Assembly: GCA_027317865.1 (NCBI GenBank)
Contig: DAHVQG010000004.1
Location: forward strand, 1-64,000
Origin: Bdellovibrionales bacterium
Lineage (GTDB): Bacteria > Bdellovibrionota > Bdellovibrionia > Bdellovibrionales > UBA1609
Direction of reading: 5' to 3'
DNA: 64,000 bases
The notes beneath the pieces were generated by a model. That model had not been told where the DNA came from and ran no database searches. It was given only the letters and a program-made list of their open reading frames with translations. The position numbers were made by a program, and so were the translations under genes. Each line of letters starts with the position of its first letter. Positions within the stretch are counted from its first letter, which is position 1. Below are positions 27,746 through 37,990 of this stretch, piece after piece.

Positions 27746-29996
27746 AAAGCACCTCCCACGGAGTATTGTAAGCCCTGTCGATTTGCGAAACGGGCACGAT
27801 CACTTTACCGATTTCCAATGTGGCTTCAGCATTTTTTGCGCCTTCACGGCTTTGACTTCGAACAGCTGGCCGCACTTCGCCCAATCGAGAAATATTGAAA
27901 TCGAGATTTGCCGCCAATTTTTCATAGAGTTGCCGAAAGTTGAATGACCCGTCCGGATCAACCGCAAAAATCACCTGGTAAAGCGATTCGGTGAACCATC
28001 CGTTTTCGACGGGCGGCTTCCACTGAACCGATGCTCCCATATTCTTGTTGCACATTCTGGCCAACGCGTACGGAAGACCGAATTTACCCACCACGCGGGA
28101 AGAACGCACCGCCGGCACCAAAGCCAGATGGCGAATGAGGTTAATAAAATCAGCGACCTTTTGGCACTCGAGTTCGCCAACACCCTCATTATCACTAAAT
28201 ACTAGTTGTTGCGTTTCAACAAGGTAGAGTTCGTCGCGCGGCGACCGAAAAAATGAACGGGGCAAATCCTCGATCGTGTCGCGTAAACCGACGATTCCGG
28301 TGGCAATGGTAGAGGTGATATTCGACCCAAGTGTTTCGTTATAAAAGCTTACGTTGCCGCTGATGATCGGCGTTGCAAGCCGCAACGCTTGCTCGTTGAG
28401 CCCATCAAGCGACGCCACGAATTCGCTCATGACGTCGCGATTTTCAGGATTGCCAAAATTCAAACCATCGGTCACGGCTAGAGGCAAAAATCCTTTTGCC
28501 GCGAGCTCAAGCGCGGGATAAGCTACCGAATCTATTCCACCGATGTGAGCGTCGAACCGCATGACGTGCGGCCGGCCGCCCAATACTAAGCCAAGAGACC
28601 GTTTGCTATCAGGCAAACGAACCACTCCCACGCTCTCTTCGCAATCAAATATCGTTTTTGTTCCCACGCGCTGATCATATTGTCGAAATATCCACGATCG
28701 CGACGAACCTTGAGGGCTGGCGAGAATTTGCAACAATCGCGAGCCGACATCAGCAGGTTTTATTGCCGAGATTCTGGGAGCAGCTTTATGACGAACCGAC
28801 CAGGCATCATACGGTCGCTCGACTCGAGGAGCCTCATCGACTAAAATTTTAGGATCAATTTTGCAAATCAGCTCACCATGCCAGTACAGTTCAACATCTT
28901 GGCCGGTGACGCTGCCGATAATTTCGGCGTCAAGACTCCAGCGCGCGAACACGGCTTTTAGTCTTTCAAAGTTTTCAGGAGTTACAATAAGCAACATGCG
29001 CTCTTGGCTTTCAGAGAGCAAAATTTCTTCTGGGGTCATCGAAACGTCTCGAAGGGGCACGCGGTCGAGGTCAATTTTAAAACCCACGCCGCCTCGCGCA
29101 GCCATTTCGAATGTTGAGCTCGTAAGCCCGGCGGCCCCCATATCTTGAACCGCAACGACTAGCCTCTCACGCATGACCTCAAGGCAACTCTCGATGAGAA
29201 GTTTTTCGTAAAACGGATCGCCCTTTTGGATAGTCGGCTTTTTGCTTTCGCCACCGTTTTTAGAATCATAATCAAAACTTTCACTTGCCATGCTGGCGCC
29301 GTGCACGCCGTCTTTTCCGGTTTTTGCCCCAACATAGACAACGAGATTGCCGACGCCCGTTGCGCGGGCAGAAAAAACCGGATCGCCTTCGCGAAATAAT
29401 CCCAAGGCGAGTGCGTTAACTAAAATATTTTTATTGTACGACGAGTGAAATTCCGTCTGACCGGTAATGGTGGGTACGCCGACGCAATTGCCATAACCGC
29501 CAATCCCTCGCACAACGCCGTCGATAAGTGCCGGCATGCGAGCGAGACGCGCCTCAGTCATTGAATCGTGACTTACGTCGCCGAACGCTAAATAATTTGC
29601 GAGTGCGATCGGGCGTGCTCCCATGGCAAAAATATCGCGTAAAATGCCGCCGACTCCCGTTGCAGCGCCCTCGTATGGTTCGATAAAACTAGGGTGGTTA
29701 TGACTTTCAATTTTAAATGCGATGCGCTCGCCTTGGCCGAGATCAAAAACGCCGGCGTTTTCGCCGAAACTCATAAGCACACGAGGCGATTTGTTAAACA
29801 GTTTTTTCAAATGAACACGCGACGATTTGTAACTGCAATGCTCACTCCACAAGGAGCTGAAAAGCGCCCATTCCACGCCTTCGGGTGGGTGCCCCAATAA
29901 TAACGTTATCCGGTCGTATTCATCGCGCGACAACCGGTAGTGTTTTAGCTTTGCGGCTAAATTTGAATCATTTTGCGCATCGGGCTTCAAAGTCAT
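27732..29996 (-). CDS. purL: FGAM synthase subunit PurL
   Basis: WSEHCSYKS, ESHNHPS, GAATGVGG, DMGAAGL, SESQERM. Confidence 0.97.
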   Translation of the reverse strand: MTLKPDAQNDSNLAAKLKHYRLSRDEYDRITLLLGHPPEGVEWALFSSLWSEHCSYKSSRVHLKKLFNKSPRVLMSFGENAGVFDLGQGERIAFKIESHNHPSFIEPYEGAATGVGGILRDIFAMGARPIALANYLAFGDVSHDSMTEARLARMPALIDGVVRGIGGYGNCVGVPTITGQTEFHSSYNKNILVNALALGLFREGDPVFSARATGVGNLVVYVGAKTGKDGVHGASMASESFDYDSKNGGESKKPTIQKGDPFYEKLLIESCLEVMRERLVVAVQDMGAAGLTSSTFEMAARGGVGFKIDLDRVPLRDVSMTPEEILLSESQERMLLIVTPENFERLKAVFARWSLDAEIIGSVTGQDVELYWHGELICKIDPKILVDEAPRVERPYDAWSVRHKAAPRISAIKPADVGSRLLQILASPQGSSRSWIFRQYDQRVGTKTIFDCEESVGVVRLPDSKRSLGLVLGGRPHVMRFDAHIGGIDSVAYPALELAAKGFLPLAVTDGLNFGNPENRDVMSEFVASLDGLNEQALRLATPIISGNVSFYNETLGSNITSTIATGIVGLRDTIEDLPRSFFRSPRDELYLVETQQLVFSDNEGVGELECQKVADFINLIRHLALVPAVRSSRVVGKFGLPYALARMCNKNMGASVQWKPPVENGWFTESLYQVIFAVDPDGSFNFRQLYEKLAANLDFNISRLGEVRPAVRSQSREGAKNAEATLEIGKVIVPVSQIDRAYNTPWEVLFGLS

Positions 29997-30023
29997 ACTA
30001 GTTTACCTTACAGCGAGGTTGCT

Positions 30024-30680
30024 TCACTTAACCGCGCCGAGCAGCGATTCAAAAAATTTCTTACCGTCCGAGCCACCCATTTCAGTGCTCATGGCTCGTT
30101 CCGGATGGGGCATCAGACCCGCCACGTTTTTCTCTTCATTTAAAACTCCGGCGATTCTTTCAAGCGACCCATTCGGGTTGTTTTCGTACTGCCACCAGAC
30201 TTGCCCCTCGTCGAATAATCGCTTCACCTGATCTTCTTCAATGAAATAGCGTCCATCGCCGTGTGCGATGGGTAAACGAATTGAACCCTTGACGTTCATA
30301 AATCCCGGAGCTTCATTTACTTCCTTCAACTCCACCCACTCATCACGAAAACGCAAACTGTCGTTTCGCAAAAGGACGCCGGGCAATAAGCGCGCCTCGC
30401 ATAAGATTTGAAATCCGTTGCAAATACCTAGAACCGGTAAGCCAAATCGCGAAGCCGAGGTCACGCTTTTCATCACCGGCGCCCGCGCGGCCAATGCGCC
30501 CGATCGCAGGTAATCACCGTAGCTAAACCCGCCCGGCAAAATAACCGCCGACACATCGTGCACGTCAAACTGGTCTTGATACCACAACCATTTTGGTTCA
30601 AGGCCTACAGATTCAATCGCGTCGTAGACGTCTTGATCACAATTTGTTCCCAAGAAACGGACGACGCCGACCGGCTTCAA
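30024..30680 (-). CDS. purQ: FGAM synthase glutaminase subunit PurQ
   Basis: PGGFSYGDYLR, GICNGFQIL, MPHPER. Confidence 0.97.
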   Translation of the reverse strand: MKPVGVVRFLGTNCDQDVYDAIESVGLEPKWLWYQDQFDVHDVSAVILPGGFSYGDYLRSGALAARAPVMKSVTSASRFGLPVLGICNGFQILCEARLLPGVLLRNDSLRFRDEWVELKEVNEAPGFMNVKGSIRLPIAHGDGRYFIEEDQVKRLFDEGQVWWQYENNPNGSLERIAGVLNEEKNVAGLMPHPERAMSTEMGGSDGKKFFESLLGAVK

Positions 30681-30916
30681 GGCAATACCTCGAGTTCGTA
30701 AACTTCGCTTAAAGGGTTGTACAAAACAAATTCACAAATTTCAGTCGCACGCGAAATCGCACGCTCCTTTTGTTTTTCGTCAATATCGAGAACCACGTAT
30801 TTACCTACGCGGCACCCGCGCAAATCATGCCCATGATGTTTCAATGTCGTTTCAACGGCACGTCCTTGCGAATCGAGAACTTCGGACTTTGGCATAATTT
30901 TAACACCGATTTTCAT
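30677..30916 (-). CDS. purS: FGAM synthase subunit PurS
   Basis: VLDSQGRAV, RVGK, LYNPLSEVY; lies between purC and purQ. Confidence 0.92.
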   Translation of the reverse strand: MKIGVKIMPKSEVLDSQGRAVETTLKHHGHDLRGCRVGKYVVLDIDEKQKERAISRATEICEFVLYNPLSEVYELEVLP

Positions 30917-31695
30917 ACGTTCCTTCCGCTTGCGCTGTAGGCGGGCCAAACTTCGCGAATGCGCTTTAATACTTCTTGGTAGCCTTCAGCCACTCCGCCC
31001 AAATCCCGACGAAAACGGTCTTTGTCGAGTTTCTCGCCCGATTGGTGATCCCAGAGTCGGCACGAGTCAGGAGTGATTTCATCCCCAAGAACGACATCAC
31101 CGTCGCGATTGCGCCCAAGCTCAATTTTAAAATCAATAAGATCTATTTTAATTGCCAAAAAGAATTCCACTAGTTTGCGATTCACGCGCAACGCAAGCCG
31201 CTTTAAAGTATCAATCTCGCGTTGATTACGCGCAGCTTTTAAGAAAAGCACTTGTTCATCGCTTACAAACGGATCTTGAAGTGCATCGCTTTTATAAAAA
31301 AACTCCACCAAACCCCCGGGGATCTCACCGCCTTCCGGCAAATCGAATTTTTTTGCAAAGCTGCCGGCGATGCGATTGCGCACGACCACTTCGAGCGGAA
31401 TCATTTCAAGTTTTGTACAAATCATGTCCCGATCGCCCAAATCACGCACGAAATGACTTTTGACTCCACCTTTGGCAAGGCAGCGAAAAATTGTGGAGGC
31501 AATTTCGCGATTGATCGAACCTTTGTTTTCAAACGACCCGCGTTTTTGCGCATTAAATGCCGTTAAGTCGTCTTTAAATTGAAACCATAAATGTTCATCG
31601 TCTTCGCGAACCGCAAAAACTTTTTTACCTTTACCTTCGTAGAGCAAGGCCCCCTGAGTGAACGACTCTGGCAACTTCGCCTTTTCTTTTTTCAT
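30913..31695 (-). CDS. purC: SAICAR synthetase
   Basis: LYEGKGK, PLEVVVRN, DFKIELG, DEITPDSCRLWD. Confidence 0.97.
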   Translation of the reverse strand: MKKEKAKLPESFTQGALLYEGKGKKVFAVREDDEHLWFQFKDDLTAFNAQKRGSFENKGSINREIASTIFRCLAKGGVKSHFVRDLGDRDMICTKLEMIPLEVVVRNRIAGSFAKKFDLPEGGEIPGGLVEFFYKSDALQDPFVSDEQVLFLKAARNQREIDTLKRLALRVNRKLVEFFLAIKIDLIDFKIELGRNRDGDVVLGDEITPDSCRLWDHQSGEKLDKDRFRRDLGGVAEGYQEVLKRIREVWPAYSASGRNV

Positions 31696-33050
31696 TTCTT
31701 ACTTCGCCTTGTTTTATTTATTCGTGCTTTCGGCTTTAAAACCCGATCCACAATCATTTGAAATCTCGCTTTATAATTCGACTCTTTCATGACCGCGCGC
31801 AATTCTGACTCTTTTAATCGTTGCCGCAATTTTAGCTCCCGGCACCGCGGATCTGTAGCTACTCGCGCCACCAATGAATCGATGAAATTCTGGCCCGGCT
31901 TCAGCGCATGACTTGTCTCTTGCACCATCTTGTAGGCATCGTCTCGTGACATCCCCGCTTTTACCATAAGAAGTAAAATTTGAGAACTCATGAGCTGCCC
32001 TTGCGAGATTTGCATATTGGCGCGCATACGCTCTTTATCCACGTAAAGACCGCTGAGCAAACTATCAAGTCGCGCCAATGCATAGTCGCAAACAATAAAC
32101 GCGTCTGGGAGTATCACGCGCTCAACGCTTGAGTGGCTAATGTCACGCTCATGCCATAACGCCATATTTTCAAGGCCGGCCATTAGGTACCCGCGCAAAA
32201 GCCGCGATAGACCCGTAATATTTTCAGCGCTAACCGGATTTTTTTTGTGGGGCATGGCACTCGATCCTTTTTGCCCTGGTGTAAAATCTTCGATGGCTTC
32301 GCCGACCTCAGTCCGTTGCAAATGCCGCAATTCAACCGACACACGCTCCAAAAAGCCGCCGATGAGTGATAGAGCACATAAAACTTGAGCCACGCGATCA
32401 CGCGGCACTACCTGAGTGGCGACAGTTTCAGGGGTGAGCCCCAATTCGCGGCAAACATCCGCTTCTAATTCTGCCGGCAAAGTCGTGTACGTACCTACCG
32501 CCCCACTCAATTTGCCAATCGCCATTTGCTTAATTGCGTCTTCGAATCGCTCGCGATCGCGATTGAGCTCGGCTAAAAACCCAGCCAATTTTACGCCAAA
32601 ACTTGTTATTTCAGCATGCATACCGTGCGTACGCCCGGCCATTAAGGTTGTGACATGTTTTTTTGCAAGTCTCGCAAGTGTTGCCGCCAAATGCTCCATT
32701 GTCGCAGTCAATTCTTGACCCGCTTCTTGAATCGACAAACTTAAAGCTGTGTCGAGTACGTCGCTTGAGGTAAGCCCAAAGTGTACGTAAGCGCCACTGG
32801 ATTCGCCGACACCTTCGGCTACCGATTGCACAAATGCGATCACGTCGTGTTTTGTCGTTTGCTCGATTTCGTTAATTCGATCAACGCGAAAACGGCCTTT
32901 CGCCAAAATATCTCGCGCCGCTTTTCGCGGAATTATCCCTCTTCTTGCTTCAGCCCGCGCCACCGCTTTTTCAACTTCGAGCATGTGACGAAATTTGTTT
33001 TCAACAGACCATATACGGCTCATGTTTTTTCTGGAGTAACGCTCGATCAC
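31692..33050 (-). CDS. purB: Adenylosuccinate lyase
   Basis: HDVIAF, GRTHGMHAE, GSSAMPHKKNP. Confidence 0.97.
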   Translation of the reverse strand: MIERYSRKNMSRIWSVENKFRHMLEVEKAVARAEARRGIIPRKAARDILAKGRFRVDRINEIEQTTKHDVIAFVQSVAEGVGESSGAYVHFGLTSSDVLDTALSLSIQEAGQELTATMEHLAATLARLAKKHVTTLMAGRTHGMHAEITSFGVKLAGFLAELNRDRERFEDAIKQMAIGKLSGAVGTYTTLPAELEADVCRELGLTPETVATQVVPRDRVAQVLCALSLIGGFLERVSVELRHLQRTEVGEAIEDFTPGQKGSSAMPHKKNPVSAENITGLSRLLRGYLMAGLENMALWHERDISHSSVERVILPDAFIVCDYALARLDSLLSGLYVDKERMRANMQISQGQLMSSQILLLMVKAGMSRDDAYKMVQETSHALKPGQNFIDSLVARVATDPRCRELKLRQRLKESELRAVMKESNYKARFQMIVDRVLKPKARINKTRRSKK

Positions 33051-34378
33051 AGCGATCCCCCCCCCGGATGAATCCGGTTTGTTTTCGCCGCCATCTTTGC
33101 ATCTAGAAGTTCCCGCTCTTTCTTCCAGCGAACGATATTTTCAACCAGCGCTTTTTGCGACTCCATTCGCGCCGACCAATCGAGCGCGCCCCAAACTTCC
33201 GGACCGTCAAATTGCAAATTCCGAAGCGCACAGCGATTGAATTTATTTAAGACAGACGGCTCGAAAGACTGAAACAAGGCCGGGCCTAATTCATTCGGCT
33301 CATAGGTAAATTCTTGCGGAGGTTCGGCGACGTTCACATTCACGCCCGGCAAGCGCTCTTCTAGTGTTCCAACTATTTCGCGGCCCATCGCTTCGAGATA
33401 AGGTTTTTGAAACCGATGCACCGCCGGAATACGCACCCAACCGTCAAAAATTTCAGACGAAGTTGTTCGTTGGAGCCAAATGAGGTTGGCATGGCTCCAA
33501 GGCAACCCTAGGTCTTCGAGCACAAGAACTTTTAATGGCAGCGATTCCGTCACGTGTGACTTTGATAAGCCGATTCGATACCGAATCCATACCCACTCTG
33601 GCGTCAATTCACCGTGCGGGAACAATTCGTTAAATATGGGCGACGCAAGTCTTTTTGTTTCGCCGCTCGTTAAGCACCAAACGAACTGCTCGCCGTTTAA
33701 ACGACGGCCGTCTTCAAAAATAAATCCGTGCAGATAGTGACCGTGAAGGTCCAAAGTTTTCAATACCGCTTTCGATCGCGTGTTGACCCCTAAAGCTTCA
33801 ACCCATTGCAATGACTTCTCGAAACCGCGGCGGCTCACCCGGCGAATCGCATACGGTGCCGTAAGAGGTAGAGGGCGCCCAAACTGCAACGCCTCATGGT
33901 TCCGGTTCGAAAAGGGGCTCGCCAGCGAATGTGCCAAATTCACAAACCAATTTGCTGAAAACGGTTGGTGCCTCCAACCCTTTACTAATTCGTCACGCCG
34001 TTTTGGCGCGAGACCGTCGTAGTTGCCGACATATTCGAGCATGTCATTTGTAATCCCCGCTTTTTTAAGAGCGTAAACGGAATGCATGCTGCGCATATCG
34101 ATCGGGCCATTTTTTAACCAAAGAACAAAACCGTCGTCGAGCTGCTCTGAATAATCTTCTTCGTCGAGCCGCGCTTTTTGCGACAAAGTCAGGTTTGATG
34201 CATGAAAATAACCAAAAGGCCCTTCGACATCTTCAGGCGACCAACGGCCCATTTGATTCGAAAGCTCAACTAATGCCACCGAAACACCGTGGCCAGCAAG
34301 TTCCGCCGCCATCCAGTGCCCCCGACCAAAAACCGAAACAATGACAAGATCCGCACCCGTGTCACCAGGATTAACCAT
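33047..34378 (-). CDS. Hypothetical protein with a degenerate Rossmann (FAD-oxidoreductase-like) N-terminus
   Basis: DLVIVSVFGRGHWMAAELAGHGVSVALVE; overlaps purM and purB. Confidence 0.7.
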   Translation of the reverse strand: MVNPGDTGADLVIVSVFGRGHWMAAELAGHGVSVALVELSNQMGRWSPEDVEGPFGYFHASNLTLSQKARLDEEDYSEQLDDGFVLWLKNGPIDMRSMHSVYALKKAGITNDMLEYVGNYDGLAPKRRDELVKGWRHQPFSANWFVNLAHSLASPFSNRNHEALQFGRPLPLTAPYAIRRVSRRGFEKSLQWVEALGVNTRSKAVLKTLDLHGHYLHGFIFEDGRRLNGEQFVWCLTSGETKRLASPIFNELFPHGELTPEWVWIRYRIGLSKSHVTESLPLKVLVLEDLGLPWSHANLIWLQRTTSSEIFDGWVRIPAVHRFQKPYLEAMGREIVGTLEERLPGVNVNVAEPPQEFTYEPNELGPALFQSFEPSVLNKFNRCALRNLQFDGPEVWGALDWSARMESQKALVENIVRWKKERELLDAKMAAKTNRIHPGGGSL

Positions 34379-35396
34379 TGAGCATCCCCCCTCTCAAATG
34401 CCATGCCTTCTTACGCGCATTTACCACTTCACCGAGATCAAAAGTGCGAAAACCTTTCGCTTCGACTTGCATTTGCATGCCCTCAAATTTCGATTTGCTA
34501 ACAAATAAAACAAGACCCACCCCACAGTTCAGAACACGCAAAATTTCAGGCCAATTCATTTTCGCCCGCTTTTTCGCTATCAAAAATTCTTCTGGCACAG
34601 GCCAACCGTTTAGCTCTAACGCTGTTCCATCGGGAATCACGCGCAGCAAATTATCGAGCCCACCGCCCGTCACGTGCGCCACCGCATGCAAATTCGATGG
34701 CGTTTGTTTCTTTAGGTGGTTAATGAGCGGGGAATACAAAAACGTCGGCCGCAATAAAACATCCGCCCATTTTTTCAAATCGCGCGCAAATATTTTTCGC
34801 AACAGCGAATACCCATTGCTGTGAAATCCGGAACTTGCGACGCCGATAAGGCGGTCACCGGCTTGTACCCGATGAGCGCCGAGAATCTGCGATTCATCGA
34901 CGACACCCACGGCGAATCCGGCGCAGTCAAAATCGCCCTTTTTGTAAATGCCGGGCATTTCGGCAGTTTCACCGCCGATGAGAACGCAACCCACCTCGTC
35001 GCACGCTTTGCGGACACTCAATAAAAAAGATTTTGCCGATTTTAAGTCGAGGCGCCCGCATGCGTAATAATCGAGAAAAAACAGCGGCTCGCCGCCGACA
35101 CAAGCAAGGTCGTTCACGCACATGGCAACAAGATCTTGCCCTATTCCGTCAAAGCGCTTGAAATCAGAAGCAAGCTTGACTTTAGTCCCAACTCCATCTG
35201 TCGAACTGACCAAGACAGGTGACTGCATATGAGCAAACCGCGCGCGAAAAAGCGCGGCAAATCCGCCGACACCGGCAATGACCGATGAGGACCCGACGTC
35301 TTTCGATTTTGCACTCTTTTTTAGCCAATCCACCAAATCGTCACCGGCGGCTATGTTGACACCGGCCTTCTGATAGGTCGTTGAAATTGCGGCCAA
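34371..35396 (-). CDS. purM: AIR synthase
   Basis: YQKAGV, TDGVGTK, GGETAEMP, SSGFHSNG, HVTGGG. Confidence 0.97.
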   Translation of the reverse strand: MAAISTTYQKAGVNIAAGDDLVDWLKKSAKSKDVGSSSVIAGVGGFAALFRARFAHMQSPVLVSSTDGVGTKVKLASDFKRFDGIGQDLVAMCVNDLACVGGEPLFFLDYYACGRLDLKSAKSFLLSVRKACDEVGCVLIGGETAEMPGIYKKGDFDCAGFAVGVVDESQILGAHRVQAGDRLIGVASSGFHSNGYSLLRKIFARDLKKWADVLLRPTFLYSPLINHLKKQTPSNLHAVAHVTGGGLDNLLRVIPDGTALELNGWPVPEEFLIAKKRAKMNWPEILRVLNCGVGLVLFVSKSKFEGMQMQVEAKGFRTFDLGEVVNARKKAWHLRGGMLNG

Positions 35397-35704
35397 GAGT
35401 CGGCTCCTTTAGTGTTGCGATTGACGAGATGTATTCCAATTTTTAGCAAGTGATACCGTCTTTAGCAATGTACTCGACGAGCGGCCAGGTCCATCCTACA
35501 GCAGCGAGTCAACCGTTTGAACAATTGACTAAAGTTTGGACGCGTCTTCGCATAAAATGAAGGTCTAGCTAGGCTCTAATCCGCTGAAATTGACATTTGA
35601 GCAAAACTCAATTGGCGCCGATTTTGTAGTAGTAGATTAGACAGGCGGTTGACCGCCAAGAGTGTTTTCGTCGACTTGCGAGCTGCTATTTTCAGGGGGA
35701 GACT

Positions 35705-36541
35705 TTGCGCCGCTTATTATTTCGCCAATTTGTTATTACGCTTTTTATTTTAGCGAGTGCGGCGGTTTGTCTCATTTCGAGACGCGTTTATGCCCAGTCC
35801 GATAACTCCCAATCGGCGGCGAGCAGCAATTCGCAAAATCAATCTGGCGGTTCTCAAACGCAATCGGACAGTAGCGGCTCAGGCGGCAATGGGCTCAATA
35901 ATGCCTACGATCCATTCATCGATTACAACGAATATAATACAAGCGGCCAAGAAGAAGCGGATATTAACTTTTTTGAAAACGGCCGACTGCTGAGCGCCCA
36001 AATCGAAATTGGTGATCGCACCTTCACCGACGGCTTTCATAAACTTTACAGTGACGGAATGACTTATGGAGGGGCGTTTACCTACTTTTTTGATTTAAAT
36101 ATCGGCTTACAGTTTTCATTTACAACCAGTTCGCACAACATCTCGATTAGCGGCGGCGGAGTCAGCAAAACCGGCAATGTGACGTTTAACGAGTTTGGAC
36201 TCGATCTAAAATATTATTTCAACATGGCCGACGTCACGAAAGGACTCGCGAGTTTCAATCCGTATATCCTCATCGGGTTTTCGCCAATTACGCGAATTTC
36301 AACTGTTGACGGTGAATCCGAATTTTCGCGCGACAGTGCGGTCGCCTTTGACGGCGGCCTTGGGTTTGAAGTCCCGTTCAATCGCCATCAAATGTTTCTT
36401 GGCGCACAGGCGGAATACCAGGTTGTGAATTTTCCGGATCAAAATACCCAGATCACCCTGAACAGCGGCACGATCAATACCGGCATTTACCCCAACGGCG
36501 GCATCATTACGCTTCTTGGCTTCATTGGGATGAGTTTTTAA
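35705..36541 (+). CDS. Outer-membrane beta-barrel protein (OMP_b-brl-like) with a Ser/Gln-rich linker
   Basis: Signal peptide ending VYA; barrel strands; C-terminal Phe (GMSF). Confidence 0.75.
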   Translation: MRRLLFRQFVITLFILASAAVCLISRRVYAQSDNSQSAASSNSQNQSGGSQTQSDSSGSGGNGLNNAYDPFIDYNEYNTSGQEEADINFFENGRLLSAQIEIGDRTFTDGFHKLYSDGMTYGGAFTYFFDLNIGLQFSFTTSSHNISISGGGVSKTGNVTFNEFGLDLKYYFNMADVTKGLASFNPYILIGFSPITRISTVDGESEFSRDSAVAFDGGLGFEVPFNRHQMFLGAQAEYQVVNFPDQNTQITLNSGTINTGIYPNGGIITLLGFIGMSF

Positions 36542-36551
36542 ATTGTTCAAA

Positions 36552-37976
36552 TCATCGGTGAAAAAACGCGACCGCTTGAAGCACAAGTGCGAGCATAATG
36601 AGCGGCGGTACAACCCACTTCATTAAAAATCTCCAGTGGGTGTACAAAATTTGTGACGAGACGCTGCCCATCGCGAAAAATTCGTCGCGCTTCGCTTTTT
36701 CGTTAACTTCGTGATTGACCACCCAACAGAGCAACAACGCCACAACCGGAACGCATCCATTTACAACCGTTAAGTCGATCAGCGAAAATAGACTGTGCCC
36801 GGCTATTCGAATTACAGAAAGAACCGACGAAGAGAACGCCGGCGCGACGGCCGCTAACACACCAACCATAACAGCAAAAAAACTGGCTTTACCGCGAGTC
36901 AAACGGGAGTTTTCACAAACGTTGGCGACGACGGTTTCGAGAATCGCGATCGTGGCCCCCAGTGCGGCCAGATACAGACACAGAAAAAAGAAAATTCCGA
37001 AGATGCCGCCACCCTTTATGTGCATTAGAAATTGCGGGACGGTTACAAATAAAAGTTCCGGGCCTTGAGCATGGCTCGCTCCTGAAAAAACAAGCGGAAA
37101 AATCAAAAGCCCGGCAATGACGGCGGTTAAAGCGTCGAACACCGCCACGCGAAAACCGGTTTCAGGCACAAGCGCATCGTCGCGTAAATAGCTGCCGAAG
37201 GTAATCATCGGTCCGAACCCGATGCTCAACGTAAAACACAGTTGCCCAACGGCGTAACCAAGCGAAGTAATCGTCAGCTTCGAAAAATCCGGATACATAA
37301 AATACCGTAGAGCCGCAATACTCGAATTCATTGAGAGAGATTTTAAAACCAAAACCGATAAAATGCCGACAAACACCGGCATGATCAGCCCCACCCAACG
37401 TTCGATACCTTCTTCGACTCCCTTGGCAACGATGACACCGGCAAGAACAATATGTGCAACAGCCAATGTCATTTGCAGCGAACCCGACGCTTTAATCTCG
37501 GCCATATTGTTGGCCATAAAATGATGCGGGAACTTGCCGAATGGCGCTTCAAGAAATTTCGCAAGAAAGAAGAGCACCCAACCGCATACGACCGAATAAT
37601 ATCCGAGAATCACGACGCAACAGAATAGACCCAAAACCGCAATCACCGGCATCAAGCGCATGAACGGTCGCATATTGCTTTGAGACTCGCCCACGCTATC
37701 GGTTTTAGACTCTATCATGCTGTCGCTTTGCGACTGGGCCACGAGTTGCTTTTGCGCGGCCAAAAGGCTTCGCCGCGTGAATTTGCCTATAAAAAGTTCG
37801 CCAATCAAAAGTGGCACGCCAAGAATTAACATGAGAAAAAAATAGAGAATGACAAAAGCGCCGCCGCCGTTTGCCGAAACAATGTACGGAAATCGCCACA
37901 AACTGCCGAGACCAAAAGCCGAACCGATGGCTGCGAAGTAGATTCCAAAACGTGTGGCCCATGCTCCCCGACGCAC
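36552..37976 (-). CDS. Sodium-dependent transporter, NSS/SNF family
   Basis: IGSAFGLGSLWRFPY...NGGGAF, GVEEGIER, MITFGSY. Confidence 0.93.
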   Translation of the reverse strand: MRRGAWATRFGIYFAAIGSAFGLGSLWRFPYIVSANGGGAFVILYFFLMLILGVPLLIGELFIGKFTRRSLLAAQKQLVAQSQSDSMIESKTDSVGESQSNMRPFMRLMPVIAVLGLFCCVVILGYYSVVCGWVLFFLAKFLEAPFGKFPHHFMANNMAEIKASGSLQMTLAVAHIVLAGVIVAKGVEEGIERWVGLIMPVFVGILSVLVLKSLSMNSSIAALRYFMYPDFSKLTITSLGYAVGQLCFTLSIGFGPMITFGSYLRDDALVPETGFRVAVFDALTAVIAGLLIFPLVFSGASHAQGPELLFVTVPQFLMHIKGGGIFGIFFFLCLYLAALGATIAILETVVANVCENSRLTRGKASFFAVMVGVLAAVAPAFSSSVLSVIRIAGHSLFSLIDLTVVNGCVPVVALLLCWVVNHEVNEKAKRDEFFAMGSVSSQILYTHWRFLMKWVVPPLIMLALVLQAVAFFHR

Positions 37977-37990
37977 CCCAACTCCTTTCG

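Noticed and set aside
35397..35704. Purine, PRPP or ZTP riboswitch, or a small ORF, upstream of purM
   Set aside because: No consensus elements seen on the minus strand; only very short frames
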